Source of the DNA: an uncultured delta proteobacterium
GTDB taxonomy: Bacteria > Desulfobacterota > Desulfomonilia > UBA1062
DNA: 64,000 nucleotides
NCBI GenBank assembly: GCA_963798485.1
Contig: CAWCTR010000020.1
Span: 32,001 to 96,000 of the forward strand
Reading direction: 5' to 3'
This document shows, in pieces, positions 49,433 through 59,998 of this stretch. Numbering within the stretch: position 1 is the first letter of the stretch; each line of letters starts with the position of its first letter. Under the pieces are notes generated by a model. The model worked only from the letters and a program-made list of their open reading frames with translations. It ran no database searches and was not told the origin of the DNA. A program made the translations under genes and the position numbers.

Positions 49433-51226
49433 TTATGCCGCCTTTAATTTTGTCAGGTCTTTTTTGATTTTCCGTACTATACGACGCACACTTGGATAAA
49501 GACATCGGCCGGCGTCTTCCAATACCTGCCGCGCCTCTTTCATCCCCAGTATGCTCAGTGCCATTGCAGCGCCATTTCGATGAGCTGCCCTCCAGAAGGT
49601 GGGCATCCATCCCCAACCGAGCAGGGTTCGACGAAGAAAAGGTATGGATCGTGATGAACCACATTGCCCCAGCGTTATAAAGCAAGCAATGACGTGCTCG
49701 TTATCGGTACTCTTGAATTTTCGGTGTTCAAGGTAATCGAGAAGGAGCCCCTCGGTAATACGGTCCCGCGACTGGCCTATTTGTCTCAGGATCAGACGAC
49801 GGATAGTCTCGTCTTTATCATCGATGAGCTTAAAGATATCCTGAATACGGGCAGGACCTCGCTGCAGTAGTCCCTTTACCGCCTCTAGGCGAACATATTC
49901 CGACTTATGGTGAACCAGTTTCAGCAAGACCTTTGTAGATCGTTCTCCCTTCAGATTAACCAACACATGGACAAGCATTTGGACAAGCTTCTCATCCGGG
50001 CTTTTGAGCAGAGATTCCAAGATACGAGGATCTCGTGACGCCAGTGAGCTCATCACATCCAAAAGCACGTGCCGATGCTGTGAGGAATGATTCTGCAGCA
50101 GAATGATGCTGAGTGTATCGATCGCATCTGGTTTTAAGAGCTTGAGAATCTGCTCGATCTTTTTTACTTGGACTGGTCCCATATCCTCCCATATGGCCTG
50201 TAAAGGGCTCAGAGCCTGAGAACTGGAGACGGCAAGAAAAAAGTCTTCGATTAATGGTGAGGCCCAGGGTATCTCCGCAGTACATGTATCATGGACGTAC
50301 TGTAAGCTTTGCAGGATCTTGAGCGTAATATCGAAGTCTCTTCGAGTCAGTGAGGCTTTAAACTCTTCCTCCATCACATCAAGAACAATCTTGAAATTCT
50401 CTTGTTCCTTATTCTCAAGGAGGCTATCCAAGAGTGCATCCAGATACTCAGTCGGGGCCGCCTGTTCCTCACGACGTATCATTTCTTGAACCTTTACCTT
50501 CTCTTCCGGGGTAGGTAAAAGTGAGGCCTGATCAATGGCGGGGTCGGTAAGAGTCTCCCAATCCACTAATTTGTTTTCTCTAAGCGATACCGAAACCTTC
50601 TCTCCCTTATCAGTTAAAATCGTAAGGTCCACTTCTCGTTCACCTGATTTATTTCCTCTCAGCGATGTCGAACCGTTATCCCAGTCATCAAAGGAAGGTG
50701 TATAGTTTGTGTCTTGTCCTGATCCCCATGAGTAATTTGCGACTTCGTATCTGATATGAGAAAATTTAGATTCCCAAAAAGCTGTTACGATATCGCCTTC
50801 TGGGTCATTGGATAATATTCTGTACTCGTGGACAATCCTTAAGAATTCTTTTAGTTCCCCGGGGTCTATTCCACCTGTGAATTCCAGCCATCGGATACCA
50901 TCGCGAAAGAGGGTAAAAGGTAACGCACCCTCCTCACGAGGTTCTGAATGAATTATTTCACCTTGGTAAACAACCCGGTCACTTTCTATTTCGAGTCGCA
51001 GATCTCCGTATTTATGCAGATATGTCTCAAGTTGTGAGTGGAGCTGTTTAATGGCGTTCATACAAATGGTGTGGTTTTCGGGATATAAAGAGTATTTCTT
51101 CCTGGCGAGAAGAAGGGTTGCGAGCACTTTATTGGCCGCCTCAGACTCCTCTTGCTTAGGGCATAAACTCACAGCCTTTGATCGTTCATCTTCAGAATCC
51201 ATCTTCAACACATCCTCCAATAGCAT
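49433..51226 (-). CDS. HEAT-repeat protein
   Basis: C-terminal HEAT units (VRLEAVKGL, IRRLIL..IG); N-terminal YPENH region; operonic with HD-GYP. Confidence 0.8.
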   Translation of the reverse strand: MLLEDVLKMDSEDERSKAVSLCPKQEESEAANKVLATLLLARKKYSLYPENHTICMNAIKQLHSQLETYLHKYGDLRLEIESDRVVYQGEIIHSEPREEGALPFTLFRDGIRWLEFTGGIDPGELKEFLRIVHEYRILSNDPEGDIVTAFWESKFSHIRYEVANYSWGSGQDTNYTPSFDDWDNGSTSLRGNKSGEREVDLTILTDKGEKVSVSLRENKLVDWETLTDPAIDQASLLPTPEEKVKVQEMIRREEQAAPTEYLDALLDSLLENKEQENFKIVLDVMEEEFKASLTRRDFDITLKILQSLQYVHDTCTAEIPWASPLIEDFFLAVSSSQALSPLQAIWEDMGPVQVKKIEQILKLLKPDAIDTLSIILLQNHSSQHRHVLLDVMSSLASRDPRILESLLKSPDEKLVQMLVHVLVNLKGERSTKVLLKLVHHKSEYVRLEAVKGLLQRGPARIQDIFKLIDDKDETIRRLILRQIGQSRDRITEGLLLDYLEHRKFKSTDNEHVIACFITLGQCGSSRSIPFLRRTLLGWGWMPTFWRAAHRNGAAMALSILGMKEARQVLEDAGRCLYPSVRRIVRKIKKDLTKLKAA

Positions 51227-51314
51227 GCTGCCTTGAAACTTTTGCCCTCGTTCTATATTTTCGGATTAAAACTTTAAAAACTGTAATTTTTTTTATTACA
51301 GAATCGTATCGGTA

Positions 51315-51530
51315 TTGTTTTTACTGTGGGCAGGGCTAGCCCTGATGCCAGGTGGAATGGGGATGCTTTTTTCAATGGGCGTGGTAGGGAAGCTGTTCGA
51401 GAAGAGCAATCTCAGGCTGATAGTGGGTGCGGGCTTCTGCGTGATTGCCTATTTTATGCACATGTTGACGGGATTCAATCTCTTTGTTGATTATGGAACC
51501 GTCGCCTGGACAAGGTTTGTTATGGACCCT
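51315..51530 (+). pseudogene. Internal fragment of a DHA2/EmrB-family MFS transporter
   Basis: LWAGLALMPGGMGML..M..VGKL..FNL.VDY..VAWTR resembles mid-protein EmrB helices; no full gene. Confidence 0.6.
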
Positions 51531-51557
51531 ATTCAAAGATGTAGAGTATCCGATTTT

Positions 51558-52667
51558 TCAACTTAACGCAGATGAAATATGGGGGCTTTTAATGACATGT
51601 ACGGCAGTGGCCTTGAAGGAAACAACAGCCTGCTTTTCGGGCTCCAAACGGAGGTCTTCTATTGCCTGTTGAGTCACATGGGCGCAGAGCATGAAGCCGC
51701 AGTCGATCTGGACCCTGAAGAACAGCCCAAGGGGCTGGACCTTCATGACCCTGCCATGAAAGACATTACGGGCGCTTGATTCCGATTCATAGCTGTCAGG
51801 AAAGACTGTCACATGTTCGGGGCGAATAAAACACATGACCTTTTCTCCCGGAACAAATGCGCCGGTGACAAAGATATTCTTACCATTGATACTCACATCA
51901 AGCATGCCCCCGTAAGACTTGGTCACTTCTCCCTTGAGTATGGTTTCCATCCCTACGAATGCTGCGACAGCTTCATTGACCGGATGGCGCATCACCTCAG
52001 CCGGAGGGCCTGACTGGACGATCTTTCCACCATCCATCACTGCGATACGAGCTGAAAGCCTTAAGGCATCCATACGGTCATGGGTGGCCATGATCGCAGT
52101 GGTATGCTTGATGCGCATGGCATGCCCCAGGTCCTCGATGATGGACTCCTTGGTGGGTGGATCAAGCGAGGCAAAGGGCTCGTCTAATAAGATCATTCCC
52201 GGATCTGTGGCAAAAGCCCTGGCAAGGCTTGTGCGTTGCGCCTCGCCGCCTGAGATCTTGCGCGCCGACCTGGATGCGAGATGGGCGATGCCGAAGAGCT
52301 CCAGGTTTTCCTCTACCACCGGGCGGATTCGGGCCTTCTCCATTCCACGGATCTTCAACCCCGAAGCCACATTGTCATACACCGTAGCATCGAAGAGCAA
52401 CGGATCTTGGAACACCATTGCCAGGCACCTGCGAAAAGCAAGGAGCTCAGCGCGGTTTTTCACCTTCTTCCCATAGAAGAGGAGCTCGCCGGAGTCGTAC
52501 CTCATAAGACCGGCCAGGCTCAACAACAGAGTGGACTTGCCTGTCCCGTTGGCGCCGATGATGGAGAGGAATTCTCCGGCCTCAACAGAAAGTTCGTGAA
52601 CATCCAGCACAGGGACACCGCCGCGGCTGACCTTCAAACCGCACACCTCGAGGATTTTCCCGCTCAT
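51558..52667 (-). CDS. tupC: Tungstate ABC transporter ATPase with TOBE domains
   Basis: GANGTGKST, ISGGEAQR, LLDEP, SSARN..FKATAV TOBE. Confidence 0.88.
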   Translation of the reverse strand: MSGKILEVCGLKVSRGGVPVLDVHELSVEAGEFLSIIGANGTGKSTLLLSLAGLMRYDSGELLFYGKKVKNRAELLAFRRCLAMVFQDPLLFDATVYDNVASGLKIRGMEKARIRPVVEENLELFGIAHLASRSARKISGGEAQRTSLARAFATDPGMILLDEPFASLDPPTKESIIEDLGHAMRIKHTTAIMATHDRMDALRLSARIAVMDGGKIVQSGPPAEVMRHPVNEAVAAFVGMETILKGEVTKSYGGMLDVSINGKNIFVTGAFVPGEKVMCFIRPEHVTVFPDSYESESSARNVFHGRVMKVQPLGLFFRVQIDCGFMLCAHVTQQAIEDLRLEPEKQAVVSFKATAVHVIKSPHISSALS

Positions 52668-53362
52668 CTCGGCCGCTCCCTTTGCTGGACACTCGTAAGG
52701 ATTGCGTTGATGATAAAAGTGAAGATGAGCAATATCACCCCTAAGGCTATGGCGATGTCAAAATTGCCCCGACCGGTCTCCATGACCGTGGCCGTCGTCA
52801 ACACCCGCGTATAGCCCTTGATGTTGCCGCCCACCATGATGGATGCACCGACTTCGGAAATGACTCCTCCGAATCCGGCCATCACCGCTGCCAGAAGCGG
52901 CAACCTTGCCTCCTTTATGAGCATCCAGATCATCTGAAGTCTGGTTGCACCAAGGGCCAGAATCTGGAGCCTCAGGCTTTCGGGGAGCTTCTGAATGGAG
53001 GCCAGCGTAATCCCGGCCACGATGGGTGTCGCGATAACGGCCTGGGCGATTATGATGGCCGTGGGGGTGTAGAGCAACTCCAGCATTCCGAGCGGGCCAT
53101 TGCGCCACAACAGGATCGAGACGAACAGACCCACCACGACAGGAGGCAGGCCCATGCCGGTATTGATAAGGCTCACTATGAACCTGCGTCCCGGAAAACG
53201 GGTAAGTGCTACAAATGTGCCGGAGGATATGCCGATGAAAACGCTTATGAACGTGGCCATCCCCGATACTTCAAGCGAAAGCCACGTTATCCCGAGCACC
53301 TCATGGTCGAATGTGACAAGGAGCCAGATAGCCTTCCTGATTCCTTCAAGGATCAAATCCAT
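52664..53362 (-). CDS. tupB: Tungstate ABC transporter permease
   Basis: GLPPVVVGL, ISEVGA.IMVGGNIKGYTRVLTT. Confidence 0.92.
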   Translation of the reverse strand: MDLILEGIRKAIWLLVTFDHEVLGITWLSLEVSGMATFISVFIGISSGTFVALTRFPGRRFIVSLINTGMGLPPVVVGLFVSILLWRNGPLGMLELLYTPTAIIIAQAVIATPIVAGITLASIQKLPESLRLQILALGATRLQMIWMLIKEARLPLLAAVMAGFGGVISEVGASIMVGGNIKGYTRVLTTATVMETGRGNFDIAIALGVILLIFTFIINAILTSVQQRERPR

Positions 53363-53466
53363 GCATCTATCCTCCGTAGCCCCGCAGAAAATATCCTATA
53401 CCCGTGATGCATGGGTGGGGAAATTTCAGTCAGGGTACGCCCTGCCTGAAATGGATGACCGCGGGT

Positions 53467-54318
53467 TTAATCGAATTCGGGTTTGCCGGCATCAGGGAAG
53501 AAAAGCGGGCTACCGTACTTGTCCACACCAAACTTGCCGATGATCTCCTGAACCTCTTTTGTGACCATGAATTCATCGAATGCCTTGGCGGCATGCGTGT
53601 TGACCTTGGGGAACTTGGCCGGGTTGACCTCGATGACGTGGTAGATATTCAGGAGGACCTTGTCTCCTTCCACAAAGATGTCCATGCCGAGATTTTTCTT
53701 GAGTGACAGGTAGGTCCCGCGGTCGGCCAGGGTATAGGTCTTCTTCTCAGCCGATACATTCAGGGTCTGGCCCATGCCGAGCCCGGTCTGCTGGTACCAT
53801 TTCTGTCCTTCAGGGTTGATCCCGGCTGCCTTCCAGATATCTTTCTCCTTGGCATTCGTGCCTGAGTTATCCCCACGCGACATGAAGATAGCACCCTTGG
53901 CGGCGATCTGCTTGAAGGCCTCGGCCGCCGATTTCATTCCCTTGATCCCGGCCGGGTCGGATGGCGGTCCGACTATGATAAAATCATTATGCATGACAAG
54001 CCTGCGGTTGACGCCGTTTCTTTCACTCATAAACTTCTTCTCAGCAGCTGGTGAGTGCACCAGCAGGACATCAGCCTCGCCCTTTTCGCCCATTGCCATG
54101 GCCTGGCCTGACCCTACTGCAATGGTCTTTACGAAGAAACCGGTCTTCTTCTCAAAGATCGGATTGAGCACATCCAGCAGGCCCGTGTCCTGGGTGCTGG
54201 TAGTGGTGGCCAGGATGAGATTCTTCTGATCTGAGGCAGCAACATCAGTGGTCCCTGCAAACACAACTGCCAGACATAACGACAATAGCCATACATACAA
54301 AAGGTTACGCATTTTCAT
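53467..54318 (-). CDS. tupA: Tungstate ABC transporter substrate-binding protein
   Basis: ATTTSTQDTGLL signature, SRGDNSGT, GMGQTL, DRGTY. Confidence 0.93.
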   Translation of the reverse strand: MKMRNLLYVWLLSLCLAVVFAGTTDVAASDQKNLILATTTSTQDTGLLDVLNPIFEKKTGFFVKTIAVGSGQAMAMGEKGEADVLLVHSPAAEKKFMSERNGVNRRLVMHNDFIIVGPPSDPAGIKGMKSAAEAFKQIAAKGAIFMSRGDNSGTNAKEKDIWKAAGINPEGQKWYQQTGLGMGQTLNVSAEKKTYTLADRGTYLSLKKNLGMDIFVEGDKVLLNIYHVIEVNPAKFPKVNTHAAKAFDEFMVTKEVQEIIGKFGVDKYGSPLFFPDAGKPEFD

Positions 54319-54336
54319 GATTGACTCCTCTAAAAT

Positions 54337-54480
54337 TTATTTCGGATAAACAACCTTCCCTGTCTCTCTGTCGCTGTATCCCTTCATCATCTCAAGCAGA
54401 TCACTGAAATGATCCGACCTTATGAATTCTACAAATGCCTGTACATGGCGATCAAAGAAGGTCTCCTCGAAAATAATTAC
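54337..54480 (-). pseudogene. C-terminal remnant of an HTH/PBP-domain (molybdate/tungstate-binding) regulator
   Basis: Translates VIIFEETFFDRHVQAFVEFIRSDHFSDLLEMMKGYSDRETGKVVYPK*, preceded by an in-frame stop and ending 18 nt before tupA. Confidence 0.6.
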
Positions 54481-54723
54481 TTATCATTACCATAAATCAT
54501 AGATATGCACCAAGACCCTGTTCATCTTTATTCTTTGTAAGACCTCATGGTATTCGGGGATAACTTTGTACTTAGACAACAACCAGGTAAGACTCTCCTG
54601 AACGATTATGAAATAAGTATTAAATGGCTGGTTTATTATATTGGCCCGTCCTGTACGGTTAGGGAGTTCCTATCCGAAACAGGACCTGGCCGGGCATGGG
54701 AAAATGCCGCAATAAGAATAAGA

Positions 54724-55221
54724 TTATGACTCGGCGCCGTCGGGTTGAGGTTCTGCCTTGACTGCCTCAGGCTCGGCCTTGGGTTCTTTTGCCTTGGTTT
54801 TCTTTTCGGCCTTGGGTTCCTTCTCTGGCTTGGGTTCCTTCTCTGGCTTAGGCTCTTTTTCGGGCTTAGGTTCTTTTTCGACCTTAGGTTCTTTCGGGGC
54901 CTTTTCAGACTTGGCCTTCTTTTCCTTCTTGGGGGCCGGGGCCTCTACAACCGCCTTTTTACCCTTTCCCTTCGCGACCGGGGCGGCCTTCTTTTCTTCC
55001 TTGATCCTGGCCATTTCCTTGATCTTTTCATCCTTGGCTCGAATAGCCCTTAACCTGGATCCAGTATCCTTGATTTTTGCCTTGATCTTGCGGACCACGG
55101 TATCCTTATCAATCTTTGCTGCGCTAACACCTTCGCTCTTCAGGACCTCCAGGCGCTGGTTCAGCTTAAGTTCCCACTGCGCCTTCTGAGATTCCCTGAC
55201 ATTCTTCAACTTGGACGCCAT
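54724..55221 (-). CDS. Basic Lys/Glu/Pro-rich protein with EKEPKP repeats
   Basis: AGGAG RBS before ATG 55221; coiled-coil N-terminus and low-complexity tail. Confidence 0.75.
   Translation of the reverse strand: MASKLKNVRESQKAQWELKLNQRLEVLKSEGVSAAKIDKDTVVRKIKAKIKDTGSRLRAIRAKDEKIKEMARIKEEKKAAPVAKGKGKKAVVEAPAPKKEKKAKSEKAPKEPKVEKEPKPEKEPKPEKEPKPEKEPKAEKKTKAKEPKAEPEAVKAEPQPDGAES
54808..54895. repeat. 18-bp coding tandem repeat (about 5 units)
   Basis: GGCTTGGGTTCCTTCTCT-like units encoding EKEPKP. Confidence 0.8.
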
Positions 55222-55330
55222 TGCTACTCCTTTCACCTGATATCGTCTGCCGCCATGGCTTACAAAGCATACACAATCCAATTTTGGCAAGGGTTTCCTG
55301 TGTAGCACAGATTAAAGGCATATTCCAGAA

Positions 55331-56014
55331 CTATGAAGCTATGTCATTTGCCTTATTCCATCTTCTATAAATCACCGGGAACAAGGCAAAGATACCGAGC
55401 AAGGCAAGGGAGGTGAGCACCCTGGGGCCGGCTACCTGGCCGATATTCTCGATACTGGCCAGGCTTGCCCCAGCATTGGCATAGACAAAACTGCCAGGGA
55501 GGATGCCTATCACGGTCCCCGCCAGATAGGTCCTAATTGAAAGACCGGTTACCCCGCAGGCAAGGTTCACCAGAAAGAAGGGGAAAAGTGGAACGAGTCT
55601 GAGAAACAACAGGTAGGAAAGACCGTTCCCCGTTAAACCCCTGTCAAAGGCCTTCATCTTCTTACCGAACCGATTGATAACCCAATCCCTGAGCAGGGTG
55701 CGCGCCAGGAGAAAGGCCAGCAGAGCACCTGTGGAAGCCCCTATATTGACCCAGAGAACCCCCATGACAACCCCGAATATGGCGCCCCCTGCAAGGGTCA
55801 AGATTGCGGCCCCAGGAAGTGAAAGTGCGGTCTGCACGATATAGATCAGGATGAACCCTATGGTGAAGGCCGGTCTGTGGGCCTGATAGGCAAGTATCAG
55901 GGATTGTCTGTTCTCCTTCAGACTAGACAGGGTCAGAAATTGCTGCAGGTTAAGGAGGTAGAAGGCAGCAATGGCTCCTGTCACCAAGAGGAGGACCATA
56001 ATCCTTTTCTTCAT
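55331..56014 (-). CDS. TVP38/TMEM64 (DedA/VTT) membrane protein
   Basis: LSLPGA.ILTLAGG, LRLVPLFPFFLVN, GILPGSFVYANAG. Confidence 0.9.
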   Translation of the reverse strand: MKKRIMVLLLVTGAIAAFYLLNLQQFLTLSSLKENRQSLILAYQAHRPAFTIGFILIYIVQTALSLPGAAILTLAGGAIFGVVMGVLWVNIGASTGALLAFLLARTLLRDWVINRFGKKMKAFDRGLTGNGLSYLLFLRLVPLFPFFLVNLACGVTGLSIRTYLAGTVIGILPGSFVYANAGASLASIENIGQVAGPRVLTSLALLGIFALFPVIYRRWNKANDIAS

Positions 56015-56201
56015 ATCCAGTACCATAGACTTACTCGGGTTTCTGCACAAGCGTAAGCTTGTTTTCAGCAACTATAAGCGTTGCAAATATGGCAAACCTC
56101 CTTGAATTTTTTATTCCTGAAATAACATAATATATTCAAGTGACATGGCTTCCCACTCGATGGAATGCCGGTCATTAAATTAAGGTAAAGGAGGAAAGTT
56201 C

Positions 56202-56813
56202 ATGAAGGTGCTGGTTGTATTCTATTCCATGTACGGACATATCTACCAAATGGCCCAGGCCGTTATGAAAGGTGCGCACGAGGTCGAGGGGGCGGTGGTG
56301 GAACTGAAGCAGGTCCCGGAGACGCTGCCTGATGAGGTCCTTGATAAAATGGGGGCTCTTCAAACCCGTAAGGCATTTGCCCATATCCCTGTCTGTACGG
56401 CCGGTGAACTCGCCTCCTATGATGCCCTCATCTTCGGTGCTCCGACAAGATTCGGCAATATGTGCGGCCAGATGAGGCAGTTCCTCGATGCAACAGGCCA
56501 GCTCTGGGCTAAAAACGCGCTGGTCGGCAAGGTGGGCAGTGTATTCACGAGTTCTGCCACCCAGCACGGCGGCCAGGAATCAACTATTCTGAGCTTCCAC
56601 ACCACCCTGCTCCATCATGGGATGATCATCGTAGGCCTGCCGTATTCCTTTGGCCTGCAGATGGATATCCATGAGATAACAGGGTGTTCACCCTATGGGG
56701 CATCAACCATTGCAGGAGGTGACGGGAGCAGGCAGCCGAGTACCCATGAGCTCACCGGGGCACGCTTCCAGGGTAGGCATGTGGCGACTATTGCTGCCAA
56801 ACTATTTGGTTGA
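56202..56813 (+). CDS. wrbA: NAD(P)H:quinone oxidoreductase WrbA
   Basis: FYSMYGH, PTRFGNM, QHGGQES, SPYGA. Confidence 0.95.
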   Translation: MKVLVVFYSMYGHIYQMAQAVMKGAHEVEGAVVELKQVPETLPDEVLDKMGALQTRKAFAHIPVCTAGELASYDALIFGAPTRFGNMCGQMRQFLDATGQLWAKNALVGKVGSVFTSSATQHGGQESTILSFHTTLLHHGMIIVGLPYSFGLQMDIHEITGCSPYGASTIAGGDGSRQPSTHELTGARFQGRHVATIAAKLFG

Positions 56814-56833
56814 CCTTCTCTTTTATGAGATAA

Positions 56834-57835
56834 CTATAACCGCAGCCTCTTCTTGAGCTCCTTGATGAGTGCCAGGCAGACTTGGTTTGCATCCGCCTGA
56901 ATAGCGACATCAGCCATCTTCATCATAGTGGCGTTGGGGTTCTTGTTGACCGCGATGATAAACCCGGCATCGATGATGCCGGCCGTATGCTGGATGGCAC
57001 CGCTTATGCCGAAAGAAAGCAGGACCTTGGGCCTGATGTGTTTATCCGCCTGCCCCACAAGGGCGTCATCGTCCGCCCATTTGGAGTAGACTACCGGCCT
57101 CGTGGCCCCCACTTCACCCCCAAGAATCTTGGCCAGGTCATAGAGGTTCTTGAACTTGCTCCGACTCCCCATGCCCCTACCGCCGCACACAACAACCGCA
57201 GCCTCTTCGAGCTTCTGGCTTGCTGGCGGTTTGCGCTCGGAGTTGATAAGGCGGATACGATCCTTAGGAAGGTCTTTGGGAAGTGATATCCTTACAATCT
57301 CCCCTGTTGCCCGGTAGTTATGGGGGATCTCCTGGAAGATTCCCGGCCTCACCGTGGCCATCTGAGGCCTCTTCTCAGGGGTGACGATCTTGGTGAGCAG
57401 GTTGCCGCCAAAGGCTGGTGCTGTCTGCACAAGAAGGCCATCCTCGTTGATGTCAAGGCCTACACAGTCGGCAGTCAGCCCTGTTCCGAGCCGTTTGGCT
57501 ACCCGGGGCGCATACTCTCTGCCGAATGTTGTGGCCCCCACCAGTATAATCTCGGGCCTGCGATCTTTGGCAAGGCGCTCCATAAGGGTGACATAGAGGT
57601 CGGTAGAATAGTCTTTGATGGACTCATCCTCAATAACATAGACCTTCTGTGCCCCATGAGCGATGTATTCGCCCACCCATTCATCCACCTGGTGGCCGAA
57701 CACGGTGGTGCAGACACATGCACCCAGCTTGGATGCAAGGTCAGTGGCCCGCGAGAGGAGTTGCAGGGTTACCCGGTTCTGGAAATAATTGCGATAGTCC
57801 CCGAATACCCAAATCTCAGGTGCATGCAGTGTCAT
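56834..57835 (-). CDS. etfA: Electron transfer flavoprotein alpha subunit
   Basis: GLTADC, PQMATVRP, GGRGMG, GATRP, GISGAIQH, AVNKN. Confidence 0.93.
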   Translation of the reverse strand: MTLHAPEIWVFGDYRNYFQNRVTLQLLSRATDLASKLGACVCTTVFGHQVDEWVGEYIAHGAQKVYVIEDESIKDYSTDLYVTLMERLAKDRRPEIILVGATTFGREYAPRVAKRLGTGLTADCVGLDINEDGLLVQTAPAFGGNLLTKIVTPEKRPQMATVRPGIFQEIPHNYRATGEIVRISLPKDLPKDRIRLINSERKPPASQKLEEAAVVVCGGRGMGSRSKFKNLYDLAKILGGEVGATRPVVYSKWADDDALVGQADKHIRPKVLLSFGISGAIQHTAGIIDAGFIIAVNKNPNATMMKMADVAIQADANQVCLALIKELKKRLRL

Positions 57836-57843
57836 AGACTCCC

Positions 57844-58665
57844 CTAACCTTCCCACTTGAGATCTTTTCTGATGACGCCGCCTATCCTTGTCTCAAAGCG
57901 CTCGAAGAGTTCCTCCACGATTTTCTTTGGGGCGCCCTTGAGCACGATGTTCTCCTTTTCCGCCCTTGGCGTATACACGTCAATGATCTTGGTAGGAGAA
58001 CCCTTGATGCCGATGACAGCCGGATCAAGTCCCAGGTCTGATGCGCTCACCGCAAGGATGTTGAGATCTTCGAAGGCGTCCTGCAATCCGGACAGAGGGA
58101 TATAACGCGGCAGGAAATGCTGGGTGTTCACGCTCACCAGGCAAGGCAGGTCCATCTCGAGTGTTTCCAGGAAGTTGTCGGAAAACCGTTTGACCCTTAG
58201 GCTCCTGGAGTTCAACTCCAGATGATCCACATAGGATATTTCAGGTATGTTCAGCTCCTCGGCAAGCTGCGGTCCTACCTGGGCGGTTTCGCTGTCCGTT
58301 GTGTGGCATCCGCAAAGGATAAGATCAAAATCAGGGCAGAAGATCTCAATGGCCCGTGCCAGGGTATAGGATGTAACATGGGTATCCGCACCCGCCATGG
58401 CCGCATCGGTGAGCATGAGACACCGATCGGCCCCCATGGCGATAGCCTCTCTGAGGATCTCCTCTGCTATGGGAGGTCCCATGGTAATGGCGGTGATATG
58501 CCCTCCATGCTGCTGCTTAAGGGTAAGCGCAGCCTCAAGTGCATGCTTGCAGGCAGGGTTCATCATGCCGTCCGCAAGGTCCCTCCGCAGCGTCCCGCTC
58601 TTGGCATCCCAGGGCAGCTCGGTCGCCATGGGGACCTGTTTGATGCATACAATCATCTTAACCAT
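57844..58665 (-). CDS. etfB: Electron transfer flavoprotein beta subunit
   Basis: VCIKQVP, TMGP, AGADT, DSETAQVGP, GSPT. Confidence 0.93.
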   Translation of the reverse strand: MVKMIVCIKQVPMATELPWDAKSGTLRRDLADGMMNPACKHALEAALTLKQQHGGHITAITMGPPIAEEILREAIAMGADRCLMLTDAAMAGADTHVTSYTLARAIEIFCPDFDLILCGCHTTDSETAQVGPQLAEELNIPEISYVDHLELNSRSLRVKRFSDNFLETLEMDLPCLVSVNTQHFLPRYIPLSGLQDAFEDLNILAVSASDLGLDPAVIGIKGSPTKIIDVYTPRAEKENIVLKGAPKKIVEELFERFETRIGGVIRKDLKWEG

Positions 58666-58683
58666 TAAAGTGTTCCCCTGCCC

Positions 58684-59832
58684 TCACATCAGCTCATTCA
58701 TCACGGCCCGCGAGATGACCATTCGCTGGATCTCGCTGGTGCCTTCATAGATCTCGGTGACCTTGGCATCCCTGAAATACCGCTCCACGTCATATTCCTT
58801 GCTATAGCCATAGCCGCCATGTATTTGCACAGCCTTATTGGTTACCGTTGAGCTTACCGTAGAGCTGAAGAGTTTGGCCATGGCCGCCTCTTTGCCGAAG
58901 GGCTTGCCGGCATCCTTCAAGGCACATACCCGATAAACCAGGAGCCGTGCCGCATCAATATCGGTGGCCATGTCTGCCAGCATGTTCTGAATGGATTGAA
59001 ATGCTGCAATAGGCTTCCTGAACTGCTGGCGCTCCTTGGAATATTTAACCGAGGCCTCAAAGGCAGCCTGGGCTATGCCGAGAGCCTGGGCTGCAATACC
59101 GATTCGTCCCGTATCAAGGGTCGCCAGGGCGATCTTGATCCCGTCGCCGATCTTGCCCAAGAGGTTCTCCCGAGGAACACGGCAGTCCTCGAAAAACAGA
59201 GAAGACACAGGGTTTGCCCTCATGCCGCAGAGATCTTCGATCTCTCCCACGGAATAACCGGGCATATCTTTTTCCAGGATGAATACACTGGCGCTACGTG
59301 CCGGTTCAGCTGCATTGGTAACGGCAAAGATGAGCGGCAGCGAGCACACCCCCCCATTGGTGACGAAGATCTTGGTACCATTGATGATGTATCCGCTGCC
59401 GGATGCCACTGCATGGGTCTCAACACCCGATGCATCCGAGCCTGCATTTGCCTCGGTCAAGCAAAAGGCGCCGATGCCCTCTCCGCTTGCAAGTCTGGGG
59501 ACAAAGCGCTCCTTCTGTTCGTCCGTTCCGAAACGCAGGATGGGATATAAACCCACACTGTTATGAACAGTTACACATAGCCCCATGGCGCCGCTGACAC
59601 GGGATATCTCCTCTACGGCAATGGCGTAGCTGATACTGTCGAGGTCAGCCCCGCCGTATTTTTTCGGGGCTTGAAGTCCGAAAAAGTTCAAGGGCTGCAT
59701 CTTCTCTACAACTTCCCAGGGGAAGCGGGCATCCCTGTCTATCTCATGGGCAATAGGTCCGAGCTCCGCCTCGGAAAATTCACGGACCGCCTTGCGGACC
59801 AGCTTGTGCTTCATACAGGGATCTAATCTCAC
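58684..59832 (-). CDS. Acyl-CoA dehydrogenase (butyryl-CoA dehydrogenase-like)
   Basis: FCLTEANAGSD, NGTKIFVTNG, GRIGIAAQALG, QIHGGYGY, IYEGTSEIQR. Confidence 0.95.
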   Translation of the reverse strand: MRLDPCMKHKLVRKAVREFSEAELGPIAHEIDRDARFPWEVVEKMQPLNFFGLQAPKKYGGADLDSISYAIAVEEISRVSGAMGLCVTVHNSVGLYPILRFGTDEQKERFVPRLASGEGIGAFCLTEANAGSDASGVETHAVASGSGYIINGTKIFVTNGGVCSLPLIFAVTNAAEPARSASVFILEKDMPGYSVGEIEDLCGMRANPVSSLFFEDCRVPRENLLGKIGDGIKIALATLDTGRIGIAAQALGIAQAAFEASVKYSKERQQFRKPIAAFQSIQNMLADMATDIDAARLLVYRVCALKDAGKPFGKEAAMAKLFSSTVSSTVTNKAVQIHGGYGYSKEYDVERYFRDAKVTEIYEGTSEIQRMVISRAVMNELM

Positions 59833-59998
59833 GTTATGCTCACCTATTTATCCGATTTCTTAAGCGTTAAGCCAACGACTTGGCGCGAACCATAGCCTAA
59901 AAAAGGTCATAATTCAAGGGTTCGACAAAGTGTTTATAAAAAGAACTCTTCAAGAATAGTTCTAAGCTCATTTGGTCAATTTACAGAATTTTATACCT

